Shown here: piece by piece, positions 26,501-34,146 of the stretch | Position numbering within the stretch: position 1 is the stretch's first letter | How the letters are laid out: the number at the start of each line of letters is the position of its first letter | From: Elusimicrobiales bacterium | Lineage (GTDB): Bacteria > Elusimicrobiota > Elusimicrobia > Elusimicrobiales > UBA9959 | Direction of reading: 5' to 3' | Assembly: GCA_050174915.1 (NCBI GenBank) | Contig: JBFXJL010000001.1 | Coordinates: 411,346 to 475,345, forward strand | Length of the DNA stretch: 64,000 nucleotides | The notes under the pieces: generated by a model | The model's input: the letters and a program-made list of their open reading frames with translations, nothing else | The model's database searches: none | What the model was told of the DNA's origin: nothing | Translations under genes and position numbers: made by a program

Positions 26501-27034
26501 GGCGGCCTGTTCGGTGACGGCTGGAACGGTATTCATCTGCAGGTCCGGCTCGAACTTGCCCTGGTAGCCGCGCACCTCTCCGGAGTCGGACACGTGCACC
26601 CTGGCGTAGGAGAACTCCACCGGGATCCCGTCCTTGTACTGCTGGTACTGCAGGTGGGTCACGCCGCGGAATTCTTTTTTGATGGTCAGGCGCAGCGCCA
26701 GCGGGTCGACCTTAAGCAGCTCTTTGTTCTCGGCGAAGAAGGCCATCGCCGCCTGCTCGGGCGAGCCGGAGTAGCGGGCGGTGCGGCTGCCGGTGATGGA
26801 TTCGGGCAGGCCGGTGCGGGGATTGTAGCGGACTTTCCAGCCGCCGTTGTGCTTGGCGGAGAATTTTCGGAACGCCTCGCGCGCGGCCGGGGCAGGGGCC
26901 TTGCGCACCTGGCGCAGGGAATCAGCCAGCGGGGAAGGGCGCCGCTCGCGCGCCTTCTGTGCGGCGCAAAGGTCCCCCGCCCCTGAAAGGAGGAGCAGAA
27001 GGAAGGCTGGCAGCAGCAGGCGGCGGTTTGGCAT
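23546..27034 (-). CDS. secreted thermolysin-like (gluzincin) metalloprotease with FTP/PepSY propeptide, PPC domain and C-terminal sorting-type beta-sandwich
   Basis: 1162 aa. HEYIH, with the third ligand Glu 20 residues after the second His (GAVSEAVADY). The N-terminal FTP/PepSY-like region includes GVTHLQYQQYKDGIPV. A PPC-like PLGDVDYYSLPL motif is present. The C-terminus is WDGRNSSGGKAASGIYFVK...KIAVIR. Confidence 0.8.
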   Translation of the reverse strand: MPNRRLLLPAFLLLLLSGAGDLCAAQKARERRPSPLADSLRQVRKAPAPAAREAFRKFSAKHNGGWKVRYNPRTGLPESITGSRTARYSGSPEQAAMAFFAENKELLKVDPLALRLTIKKEFRGVTHLQYQQYKDGIPVEFSYARVHVSDSGEVRGYQGKFEPDLQMNTVPAVTEQAAVAAVVMHLGAQLKLKKAELVIYPDEAAGELKLAWKIRGRAAGLWVYYIDAADGSVLYRYDDLRYVCNGNTGLYQTNGTSSGTVYAVSPLPSYDPNSLNIAEDFWTQPVRKSLRDQYFWAGSYSSMTVTDQYGDYCMQQNGKVFSSLKGPFFAVTNFRGESAHFDNGSGVWLSKNTPYSTPNPYANNALYSNTFTINSGDWTDQYPSGTFAKVMPRFSAFSAGVLDPYGSVLDEDIVKVKSGDVAMGVYLGSRTTAFYGAAVENPTFSVSMETDASGGSTGFTVDHSKFLVLTNSPATRNNATGTVVWSTTTAGLNLDTSLGEATALSEVNAFYHLNAIRRYFDTINRQQDGSAAANLGGQVAVMVHANGQPDSLTGCEACHGMMNAYYDLEHGHIIMGDGPRDLNKKFRAFALDGTIVRHEYIHLAVDRIFPIINFGEFGAVSEAVADYLALASFWAEGYDGSPYPNQKILGNFIGAGEGSARDLSGSNQPTSVRVMPSDWWGEVHEDGMILSQALYKLGNPNGSRYLGTLTGDFLGRNAADVLVFAALFYFPDNFYNFREAMLDACSQLELSGDGCTAAMRTKINLAFADHGIGSAPGGDAYELSNASGLCDTNNGPQCAADISSLSSLSATIYPLGDVDYYSLPLAEGQFTARLDLPPTGSEGIYHAYSMFLFDADREYLAEAVPVIYGTGSNACSISGPCSTLDPFVTLNYAVPYGGGKYYLVVSAAPNMYYGNSEDNSTIPYTLTLARKAQGTASARVYSALYDNDDIAFDAPYPYFPDTVAPTSSTLTGAELVFEYAQLRDHNYEPIALTRTNAPGSYMVVSQAVLATPGNTDSLGRRLMSGRVRLQPGFAARYPGVGTVYLEVFGRNHLGHVLSLGVSNPLNLTANRSAATAYNNIITGDSASIIKYEVQSSGSLSVKVYTQSGSLVKTVYDGSVPAGKGTIEWDGRNSSGGKAASGIYFVKTKGPGLDKIVKIAVIR

Positions 27035-27037
27035 AAA

Positions 27038-28129
27038 TTATTTCCGGGCGGCGCGCCGGAGTATCTTAAGCGAGCCGGAGAGTTTAACTTTGGTGTCCGG
27101 GTCGTCCAGGGCCTGGGCCAGCAGGGGGAGCGCCTCGTCGTCTATAAGGGAATCGGCGACTTCCAGGGCTTCCAGCCTGATGTCGGCGCTGGCGGCGGTC
27201 ATGGCGTCCCTGGCGGTCTGCGCGTCCGCCGGCGAGCCGGCCTGCACCAGGGCTTTCTGTACGGCGATCTTTACGCGTATGTCCTTGCTTTCGGCCGCCG
27301 CCGCGGTTAGCTTGTTCTTTACTTTGATATCCTTTATGCCGCCGAGGGCGGCTATGGCCTTGAATCTTATCGTAGGATTCTCATCGTCGGCCAGTTTCAG
27401 CAGCCCTTCAGCGGCTTCTTTCCGGGACGGGTTGCAGCGCAGCGCGTCCAGCGCGGCCATGCGCACCCTGACCGAGGTCTCCCCCGCGAGCAGCTTGGCC
27501 AGCGGCGCGGCGGCCGAAGGGTGGCAGACCTTGGCGAGCAGCACGGCCCCCTCGTAGCGGATGGCCTCGTCCTCGTCGGTCAGCGCGCCGGTGATCTGGG
27601 CCAGTTCCTCGGCGCGGCCGAGGCGGGCCAGCTCGCGGGCGGCGGCGTCGCGCACCGGGCCGTAAGCGTCGTTCTTAAGCTTGTAGAGCAGGTTGGCCGC
27701 CCTCTCCCCTTTCATCCAGGTGTAGGTTTCTATCGCCTTCTCCCGGATCTTGTTCTGCGAAATTATCTTCAGCTCCACGAGCGGATTATTGGTGACCGGG
27801 ATGGGCCCCTGGGCCGGCACGTCGTTGACTATCGCCAGGATGGTCTTCATGCCGGCGGGGCTGCCAAGCTCCCAAAGCGAGCGGGCCGAGGCTATGCGCA
27901 CGTACTTGTCGCGGTCTTCCAGAAGGCCGCGCAGCATGCCGGCCGCGGCCTTGTTGCCGGTCTCTCCGAGTATCTCCGCCGCCTGGGCGCGCACGTCAGA
28001 GTCGTCGCTCTTGAGGTGGTCCACCACGATCTTCAGGGCCTTGGGGCCGAGGTCTTTCATGGCAAAAGCCTGGGCCTGCGCCGGCATAGCGGGCAGGGCC
28101 AGGAAGACTGAGAGCAATAAGGCGGCCAT
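27038..28129 (-). CDS. secreted HEAT-repeat protein
   Basis: 363 aa with a signal peptide and repeated D.D..VR..AA.AL helical-hairpin units. Confidence 0.8.
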   Translation of the reverse strand: MAALLLSVFLALPAMPAQAQAFAMKDLGPKALKIVVDHLKSDDSDVRAQAAEILGETGNKAAAGMLRGLLEDRDKYVRIASARSLWELGSPAGMKTILAIVNDVPAQGPIPVTNNPLVELKIISQNKIREKAIETYTWMKGERAANLLYKLKNDAYGPVRDAAARELARLGRAEELAQITGALTDEDEAIRYEGAVLLAKVCHPSAAAPLAKLLAGETSVRVRMAALDALRCNPSRKEAAEGLLKLADDENPTIRFKAIAALGGIKDIKVKNKLTAAAAESKDIRVKIAVQKALVQAGSPADAQTARDAMTAASADIRLEALEVADSLIDDEALPLLAQALDDPDTKVKLSGSLKILRRAARK

Positions 28130-28135
28130 ATATAA

Positions 28136-28141
28136 ATTCTA
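28136..28141 (-). promoter_or_regulatory. -10 box TAGAAT placed 6 nt upstream of the HEAT-gene ATG (leaderless geometry)
   Basis: The minus strand reads AAAAACTAGAATTTATATATG. There is no SD. Confidence 0.4.
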
Positions 28142-28290
28142 GTTTTTCCTGTTTGCGGTATGGTTAAATTTTGATTACAAATAAGTTACGGGAATCCTGT
28201 TGCCGCTAAACTTCGTCAGTTCGTCGCCACGCATAGCCCGCATAGCGGGCTTGCGCGGCCCCGGCGGGGACCTGTCGCTACGCTCCATCC

Positions 28291-28318
28291 GGCGATTCCG
28301 CTTACGCAAGGAATCGCC
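28291..28318 (-). repeat. conserved-loop hairpin module (degenerate family member)
   Basis: On the minus strand, GGCGATTCC-TTGCGTAAGC-GGAATCGCC: a 9-bp perfect stem around the family loop. Confidence 0.7.
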
Positions 28319-28340
28319 TGCGGTCTTGCGGACCAGCACA

Positions 28341-28427
28341 GCTGGTCCTCACCTTTCGAATCCTCGCGCGCGGCATAATTATGCCGCGCTTAGCGTGCAC
28401 GATAAATCGTGCCCTCTAGAGGATTCG
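28341..28427. repeat. direct repeat copy 1: tRNA-Arg 3' end (18 nt) plus its 3' flank
   Basis: About 93% identical to 28501-28585 and offset by 158-160 bp. It contains the 22-nt palindrome GCGCGGCATAATTATGCCGCGC (28368-28389) and TGCCCTCTAGAGGATTCG. Confidence 0.85.
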
Positions 28428-28500
28428 GCCACAACTCTCGGGCTCACCGTCGTTCGCCCTCGGTCGCGGCCCCGACTCCCAGCTGCGGCCTGCTGGCCTC

Positions 28501-28585
28501 GCTGGTCCGTCTTTCGAATCCTCCCGCGCGGCATAATTATGCCGCGCTTAGCGTGCACTATAAATCGTGCCCTCTAGAGGATTCG
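28501..28585. repeat. direct repeat copy 2 (overlaps the genuine tRNA-Arg 3' end)
   Basis: See copy 1. The palindrome is at 28526-28547. Confidence 0.85.
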
Positions 28586-28641
28586 AACCTCTAACCTACT
28601 GCTTCGAAGGCAGTTGCTCTATCCAGTTGAGCTAAGAGGGC
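28568..28641 (-). tRNA. tRNA-Arg (anticodon TCG)
   Basis: A manual 74-nt cloverleaf: acceptor GCCCTCT/AGAGGGC, D arm GCTC-AACTGGATA-GAGC, anticodon arm ACTGC-CTTCGAA-GCAGT, variable loop AGGTT, T arm AGAGG-TTCGAAT-CCTCT, discriminator A. CCA is not encoded. Confidence 0.9.
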
Positions 28642-28715
28642 TTCACTTCCGCCCCTTAAGCGGGCGGCCACAGTCCCCCCCGCGCCGGTTCGACAAACGC
28701 AGAATGCCCGGGCGG

Positions 28716-28744
28716 TTGAGAAACTATTCATATTATTATAGAAT
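28716..28744 (+). promoter_or_regulatory. sigma70-type promoter of the yebC-ruvCAB operon
   Basis: TTGAGA (28716-28721), 17 nt spacer, TAGAAT (28739-28744). Confidence 0.55.
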
Positions 28745-28814
28745 TTATTTGCCGTGAGCGTAAAAAACGGCGCATTTTCTACGGAAACAATTAGAAAGCA
28801 TCAAGGAGCTTACC

Positions 28815-29570
28815 ATGGGCGGACATTCTCACTGGGCCGGTATCAAGCACAAGAAAGCCATCACGGACGCCAAAAGAGGCAAAGTCTGGACCAAGATCAT
28901 CAAGGAGATCGCTATCGCGGCCAAGGCCGGCGGCGGCAACCCCGATGACAACCCCCGCCTGCGCTCCGCGATAGCGGACGCCAAGGCCAGCAACATGCCG
29001 CTCGACAACGTCAAGCGCGCCATCCGCCGCGGCACCGGCCAGGAACCCGGCGTCACCTACGAAGAGATCATTTACGAAGGCTACGGCCCCGGCGGCATAG
29101 CCATCATCATCAACGTCACCACCGACAGCAAGAACCGCGCGGCCAGCGAGATCCGCAAGATCCTCGACACCCACGGCGGCAACATGGGCTCCACCGGCAG
29201 CGTGGGTTGGATGTTCGAGCAGAAAGGTTATATTTCCGTAAAAAAAGAGGATGCCAAGGAAGACGAGCTGATGAACCTCGCGCTGGAGATCGGCGCCGAG
29301 GACTTCCGCTCCCCCGAGGGCTCCGACGAATACGAGATCATCACGTCACCGGCGGATTTCGAAGGCATAAAAACGAAACTCACCGAAAAGAAAATCCCGC
29401 TCGCCTCCTCCGAGGTTACGATGCTCCCCAAGAACGAAGTGAACGTCGGAGAGGACAAGGCCGAGCAGGTGGTCAAGCTGATGGACGCCCTGGAAGACCA
29501 CGACGACGTGCAGCAGGTCTACTCCAACTTCAACATCCCCGACGCCATCCTCGCGAAGCTGGAGAAATAA
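28815..29570 (+). CDS. yebC: YebC/PmpR family DNA-binding regulator
   Basis: N-terminus MGGHSHWAGIKHKKA, 251 aa. SD AAGGAG. Confidence 0.95.
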   Translation: MGGHSHWAGIKHKKAITDAKRGKVWTKIIKEIAIAAKAGGGNPDDNPRLRSAIADAKASNMPLDNVKRAIRRGTGQEPGVTYEEIIYEGYGPGGIAIIINVTTDSKNRAASEIRKILDTHGGNMGSTGSVGWMFEQKGYISVKKEDAKEDELMNLALEIGAEDFRSPEGSDEYEIITSPADFEGIKTKLTEKKIPLASSEVTMLPKNEVNVGEDKAEQVVKLMDALEDHDDVQQVYSNFNIPDAILAKLEK

Positions 29571-29578
29571 GTCTCCGG

Positions 29579-30094
29579 ATGAGGATCTTAGGCATAGACC
29601 CGGGTCTGGACAGGACCGGCTGGGCCGTCCTTCAAAAAGACGGCCCGGCCGCTCCCGCTCTGGCGGCGGCCGGGCTGATACACACGCCTAAGAATACCCC
29701 GCTGGAAAAACGCCTGGCGGCCATCTACGCCGAACTCAGCGCCCTGATAAAAGACCACGCCCCGGCCGAGGCCGCGATAGAGGAAGTGTTCTTCTCCAAG
29801 CGCGCCGACACCCAGGCCAACACCACCCACGCGCGCGGCGTGATCCTGCTGGCCTGCGAGCACGGCGGGCTGCCGATCAGCGCCTATAATCCCAAGACCA
29901 TAAAGAAGACTATCTCCGGCAACGGCGCCGCCGAAAAGAAACAGATGCAGCGCGTGGTGCAGATCACGCTGAACCTGGCCGCCATCCCCGAGCCCGACGA
30001 CGTGGCCGACGCCATGGCCGCCGGCCTTTGCCACCTGCGCCTGGCCCCCTTCGCCCGCGCGCTGGCCGCCGCCAGGGGGCCCCGCAAATGCTAG
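29579..30094 (+). CDS. ruvC: crossover junction endodeoxyribonuclease RuvC
   Basis: Internal ATG at 29579 gives MRILGIDPGLDRTGWAVL, 171 aa. The extension back to 29207 overlaps yebC and is rejected. Confidence 0.9.
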   Translation: MRILGIDPGLDRTGWAVLQKDGPAAPALAAAGLIHTPKNTPLEKRLAAIYAELSALIKDHAPAEAAIEEVFFSKRADTQANTTHARGVILLACEHGGLPISAYNPKTIKKTISGNGAAEKKQMQRVVQITLNLAAIPEPDDVADAMAAGLCHLRLAPFARALAAARGPRKC

Positions 30095-30696
30095 CCTACC
30101 TGCGCGGCCGCGTGGTCGCCAAAAACGACGAGAGCGCCGTCATCGAGGTCAACGGCCTCGGCTACGAAGTTTTCCTCTGCGCCCCCTCGCTCGAGGCCCT
30201 CGGTCCCGAAGGCTCGCCGGCCGAACTTTTCCTGGCCGAGTCCATCAGCATGTACGGCGGCACGGCCCTGTACGGCTTCCGCTCGAAGGAAGAGAAACAG
30301 CTGTTCGACCTGCTGCGCGACGCGGTGCCCAACACCGGCGCCAAGAAAGCCCTGGATTACCTGGGCAAGGCCGTCCGCTCCATGCCCGATTTCTCCGCCG
30401 CAGTGGCCGCCAAGGACGTCAAGCGCCTGACCGCCATCTTCGGCTTCACCGCCAAGACCGCCGACAAGCTGATAATGGCCCTGAAGGACAAAACCCTGCC
30501 CGGCGCGGGCGGCCCCGCGTCCATAGCTGGCATCCCCTCCGGCGCCTACGCCCAGGCGCTGGCCGCCCTGATAGGGCTGGGCTTCCGGGCCGGCGAGGCC
30601 AGGGCCGCCCTCGAGGACGCCGCGGCCGAGGCCGGCGCCGGCGCCTCCACCGAAGCCGTCATCCGCCTGGCGCTCAAGCGGCTCTCCCCCAAATAA
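30088..30696 (+). CDS. ruvA: Holliday junction helicase subunit RuvA
   Basis: ATG at 30088 gives MLAYLRGRVV..VIEVNGLGYEV, 202 aa. It overlaps the ruvC stop. Confidence 0.9.
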   Translation: MLAYLRGRVVAKNDESAVIEVNGLGYEVFLCAPSLEALGPEGSPAELFLAESISMYGGTALYGFRSKEEKQLFDLLRDAVPNTGAKKALDYLGKAVRSMPDFSAAVAAKDVKRLTAIFGFTAKTADKLIMALKDKTLPGAGGPASIAGIPSGAYAQALAALIGLGFRAGEARAALEDAAAEAGAGASTEAVIRLALKRLSPK

Positions 30697-30697
30697 C

Positions 30698-31723
30698 ATG
30701 CCCAAGAACGACGATATACTTTCGGCCCGCCCGGCCACCGACGAGACAGCGCGCATGGAATCCGCCCTGCGGCCCAGCTCGCTCGACGAGTTCGTGGGGC
30801 AGGCCCGCCTGAAGGAAAACCTCAAGGTGTTTATCCAGGCCGCCCGGCAGCGCAAAGAACCGCTGGACCACTGCCTCTTCTACTCCCCCCCGGGCCTCGG
30901 CAAGACCACCCTCTCCCACATCCTCGCCCGCGAGATGGGCGTGAACATGAAGGTCACCTCCGGGCCGGTGCTCTCCAAGCCCGGCGACCTGGCGGCCATG
31001 CTCACCACCGAGCTGGCCGAAGGCGACATCCTTTTCATCGACGAGATACACCGGCTCAACGCGGCCGTGGAAGAAGCCCTTTACCCGGTCATGGAGGACT
31101 TTCTGTTCTTCATCAACACAGGGGCTGGCCCCGGCGCCACCACGCTCAAGCTGGCGGTGCCGCGCTTTACGCTGGTAGGCGCCACCACCCGCAGCGGCCT
31201 GCTCACCGGGCCCCTGCGCGACCGCTTCGGCATCGTGTTCAACCTGGGCTTTTACGAGGAGGAGGAGATCACGCAGATCCTCGTCCGCTCGGCCCGCATC
31301 CTGGGCAGCAAGGCCGAACGCCCCGCGCTGCAGCTGCTGGCGCGCCGCTCGCGCGGCACGCCGCGCATAGCCAACCGGCTGCTCAAGCGCGTGCGCGACT
31401 TCGCCGACGTCAGGGCCGCGGGCGTGATCACTGCCGAGGTGACCGAGGCCGCGATGGCTTCCATGGAGATAGACGCCGAGGGCCTGGACAACCTGGACCG
31501 CCGCATCCTCTCCGTGATCGCCGAGAAATTCGGCGGCGGCCCCGTGGGCATAGAGACGCTGGCGGTGGCCGTTTCCGAGGAAGCCGACACCCTGACCGAC
31601 GTAATTGAGCCTTTCCTGATGCAGGGCGGCTTTCTCAAGCGCACCACCCGCGGCCGAGTGATAACGGCCAAGGCCGCCGCGCACATGGGCTTCAAACTGC
31701 CCCGCCAGGCAGAACTTCTTTGA
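30698..31723 (+). CDS. ruvB: Holliday junction helicase subunit RuvB
   Basis: RPSSLDEFVGQ, Walker A GPPGLGKTT, Walker B LFIDEIHRL, 341 aa. Confidence 0.97.
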   Translation: MPKNDDILSARPATDETARMESALRPSSLDEFVGQARLKENLKVFIQAARQRKEPLDHCLFYSPPGLGKTTLSHILAREMGVNMKVTSGPVLSKPGDLAAMLTTELAEGDILFIDEIHRLNAAVEEALYPVMEDFLFFINTGAGPGATTLKLAVPRFTLVGATTRSGLLTGPLRDRFGIVFNLGFYEEEEITQILVRSARILGSKAERPALQLLARRSRGTPRIANRLLKRVRDFADVRAAGVITAEVTEAAMASMEIDAEGLDNLDRRILSVIAEKFGGGPVGIETLAVAVSEEADTLTDVIEPFLMQGGFLKRTTRGRVITAKAAAHMGFKLPRQAELL

Positions 31724-31736
31724 TCTTCTACGGTTA

Positions 31737-32867
31737 ATGAAAACACTCGCCGCCCTCCTGCTAGTCTGCGCCTTTACGGCCCCGCCCCCCGCCGCCGCCG
31801 GCGGGGCGTCGCCCCGCATCCGCGTGGCTATCGCCAGGAATACCCCCTCGCTCAAGCTAAAGACCGCCTCGCAGATCTATGTGCAGGAAATGAAGACCGG
31901 CCAGAAATTCATGCTGGTGCAGAACGCCAATTATGAAGTAAGGCCCCGCTCCGGCGGCATCGCCGTGGCCGGGCAGGAGCTCTCCTCGCCGGTGAAACTG
32001 CTCGCCGCCGAGGGCCCCGAGCGCATCCGCCTGGGCAAGCACCTCTACAAGGGCGACATCCTACTGCACGCCAACGGGGAAGGCCGCCTGGACATCATAG
32101 AGGACCTCTCGCTGGAGGATTACCTGTACGGCGTGCTGCCGGCCGAGATGAGCCCCGACTGGCCGCTGGAGGCGCTCAAGGCGCAGGCCGTGGCGTCGCG
32201 CACGTACGCGATGCGCTATATCAATCCCGCCAGGCCCTACGACGTTACCAACGGCGTGGAAACCCAGGTCTACAACGGCACCTCCAGGATCAACCCGCGC
32301 ATCATAGAGGCGGTGGACTCGACGCGGGGCGAAGTGCTGAAGTATAAAGGTTCGCTGGTGCGCGCCTACTTTCACGCGGCCTGCGGCGGCCATACGGCCA
32401 GCGCCAAAGCCGCCTGGGGCGAGGCGGTAACCAAGCCGCTGTACGGAGTAGCCGACCCCTTCTGCAAGCCCTCGCGCCATTCGCGCTGGAAGTATTTCCT
32501 CTCGGCCAAAGAGCTGCTCAGGTTCATCCAGTCCCAGAGCTCGACGGCCCTGAAGGCGGCCGGGCTGAAGATACACCAGAAGGACCGCTCGGGCAGGGCG
32601 CTTACGCTGCGGGTCGCCACGGACCGGGGCTACAAGACGGTGAAGGCCTCGGAGATGCGCAAGCGTTTCGGCACGTTCGAATTCCGCAGCACCTTCATCA
32701 CCTCCATCAAGGCGGTCAGCGGCGGCTACGAAATCTCGGGCCGCGGCTGGGGGCACGGCGTGGGCATGTGCCAGGAAGGCGCCAAGTATATGGCCTACAA
32801 AGGCCGGAGCTACACCCGGATACTGCGCCACTATTACCCCGGCGCTTCGATAACACAACATGACTGA
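31737..32867 (+). CDS. SpoIID/LytB domain protein
   Basis: Signal peptide present. YLYGVLPAEM, AQAVASRTYA and YFHAACGGHT motifs. Confidence 0.85.
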   Translation: MKTLAALLLVCAFTAPPPAAAGGASPRIRVAIARNTPSLKLKTASQIYVQEMKTGQKFMLVQNANYEVRPRSGGIAVAGQELSSPVKLLAAEGPERIRLGKHLYKGDILLHANGEGRLDIIEDLSLEDYLYGVLPAEMSPDWPLEALKAQAVASRTYAMRYINPARPYDVTNGVETQVYNGTSRINPRIIEAVDSTRGEVLKYKGSLVRAYFHAACGGHTASAKAAWGEAVTKPLYGVADPFCKPSRHSRWKYFLSAKELLRFIQSQSSTALKAAGLKIHQKDRSGRALTLRVATDRGYKTVKASEMRKRFGTFEFRSTFITSIKAVSGGYEISGRGWGHGVGMCQEGAKYMAYKGRSYTRILRHYYPGASITQHD

Positions 32868-33906
32868 ACAGGCCCTTAAAGAATTTTCCTCGCTCGACAT
32901 AGACCCGCTCATCGCCGACAGGCCCGCCGAGCCGCGCGACTCCTCGCGGCTGCTGGCGATCGACAGGGCCGCCGGCTCGTTCTCTCACCGCCGCTTTCGC
33001 GACCTGGCCGGCCTGCTGGGCCCGCGCGACCTGCTGGTGCTCAACCGCAGCAAGGTCTGGAAGGCCCGCCTGGCCGCCCGCAAAGCCACCGGCGGCAGGT
33101 CCGAGATCCTGCTGATGGCGCCCGCCGCGCCCGGCGGCCTGGTGTGGACCGGCCTCTGCCGCAAGATACAGCCCGGCCAGACGCTCGACTGCGCCGGCGG
33201 GGCCAAGGCCGAGTGCCTGGCGCGCAACGCCGACGGCAGCTATACTTTCCGCTTCTCGGTGCCGGTGGACGAGGCCTACCTCGCCGCCAACGGCGCCGTG
33301 CCGCTGCCGCAGTATATCCTCAACGCCCGCAAGCGCCTGGGCGCGGAGGCGCCGGCCGACGAGGAGAAGTACCAGACGGTCTACGCGGCCGAGGCCGGCT
33401 CCATCGCGGCCCACACCGCCGGCTTCCATTTTACGCCCGACTTATTCGCGCGCCTGGAGGCGGCCGGGGTTAAAAAGACTTTTGTCAAACTGCACATCGG
33501 CTGGGGCACTTTCAAGATGGTGCGCGACGACGACCCTGCCTCGCACGTGATGCTGGAGGAGGCCTGCGAGGTGAGCGAGGAGACGGCCGCGCTGATAAAC
33601 TCCCACCGGGCCGCCGGCGGCCGCGTGATAGCCGTAGGCACTTCCTCCATGCGCACGCTGGAGACTTTCTCCGACGAGGCGGGCACGGTCAAAGCGGGCA
33701 GCGGCAAGGCCGGAATATTCATCATGCCCGGGCACAAATTCAAGGTGGCGGGCGCCTTCATCACCAACCTGCACGTGCCGGACTCCGCCCCCCTCTACAT
33801 GACCGCCGCCTTCGCCGGCCGCGAATTACTATTTAAGGCTTACTCCGAAGCCGTCCGCGAAAAGTACCGCTTCTACTCCTACGGCGACTCGATGCTGATA
33901 TGTTGA
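32860..33906 (+). CDS. queA: S-adenosylmethionine:tRNA ribosyltransferase-isomerase
   Basis: 348 aa. PLPQYI, YQTVYA, AAHTAGFHFT, VGTSSMRTLE and TNLHVPDS motifs. Confidence 0.95.
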   Translation: MTEQALKEFSSLDIDPLIADRPAEPRDSSRLLAIDRAAGSFSHRRFRDLAGLLGPRDLLVLNRSKVWKARLAARKATGGRSEILLMAPAAPGGLVWTGLCRKIQPGQTLDCAGGAKAECLARNADGSYTFRFSVPVDEAYLAANGAVPLPQYILNARKRLGAEAPADEEKYQTVYAAEAGSIAAHTAGFHFTPDLFARLEAAGVKKTFVKLHIGWGTFKMVRDDDPASHVMLEEACEVSEETAALINSHRAAGGRVIAVGTSSMRTLETFSDEAGTVKAGSGKAGIFIMPGHKFKVAGAFITNLHVPDSAPLYMTAAFAGRELLFKAYSEAVREKYRFYSYGDSMLIC

Positions 33907-33972
33907 CAGCGCAAACGGCGCCACAGGATGCGAAATCAGGGGCCTGTCTGCCGGATGATGTTCGGCGGCTTA

Positions 33973-34092
33973 CCATATGGGCAGGAACGCAAAACCGCCG
34001 TCTCGCACACCGTGCTCGCGGCTGCCCGTCTCGGCCCTCGCGCTATGCAAGCTCGGGCCTCCGACAGGCTTTTGCTAACCCTGCCCATATGG
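33973..34092 (-). repeat. nested-palindrome intergenic element, type 1, copy B (reverse orientation)
   Basis: 13-bp perfect terminal inverted repeat CCATATGGGCAGG / CCTGCCCATATGG. Its reverse complement aligns end to end with copy A, with compensatory changes. Confidence 0.85.
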
Positions 34093-34146
34093 TTTCCGCC
34101 AGTTTCTCCCATGAAACTGCCTAGTTGCGGGAGAACGGCAGGCTGA

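Noticed and set aside
20527-28129. Calling this locus a type IX secretion system.
   Set aside because: Only a PorV/PorQ-like barrel and CTD-type cargo are visible. None of the T9SS core machinery is in the window, and family assignments here are by motif recognition only. It is reported as a hypothesis, not an annotation.
28341-28585. Possible CRISPR-like array, because of direct repeats with a spacer.
   Set aside because: There are only two copies. The repeat unit is about 85 bp and includes part of a tRNA. There are no cas genes and no regular repeat-spacer periodicity.
28130-28814. Genomic island integrated at tRNA-Arg.
   Set aside because: No integrase, excisionase or cargo genes are present. 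The DNA between the tRNA-end repeats is only about 73 bp, and flanking genes on both sides are ordinary core genes. It is kept only as a scar or duplication hypothesis.
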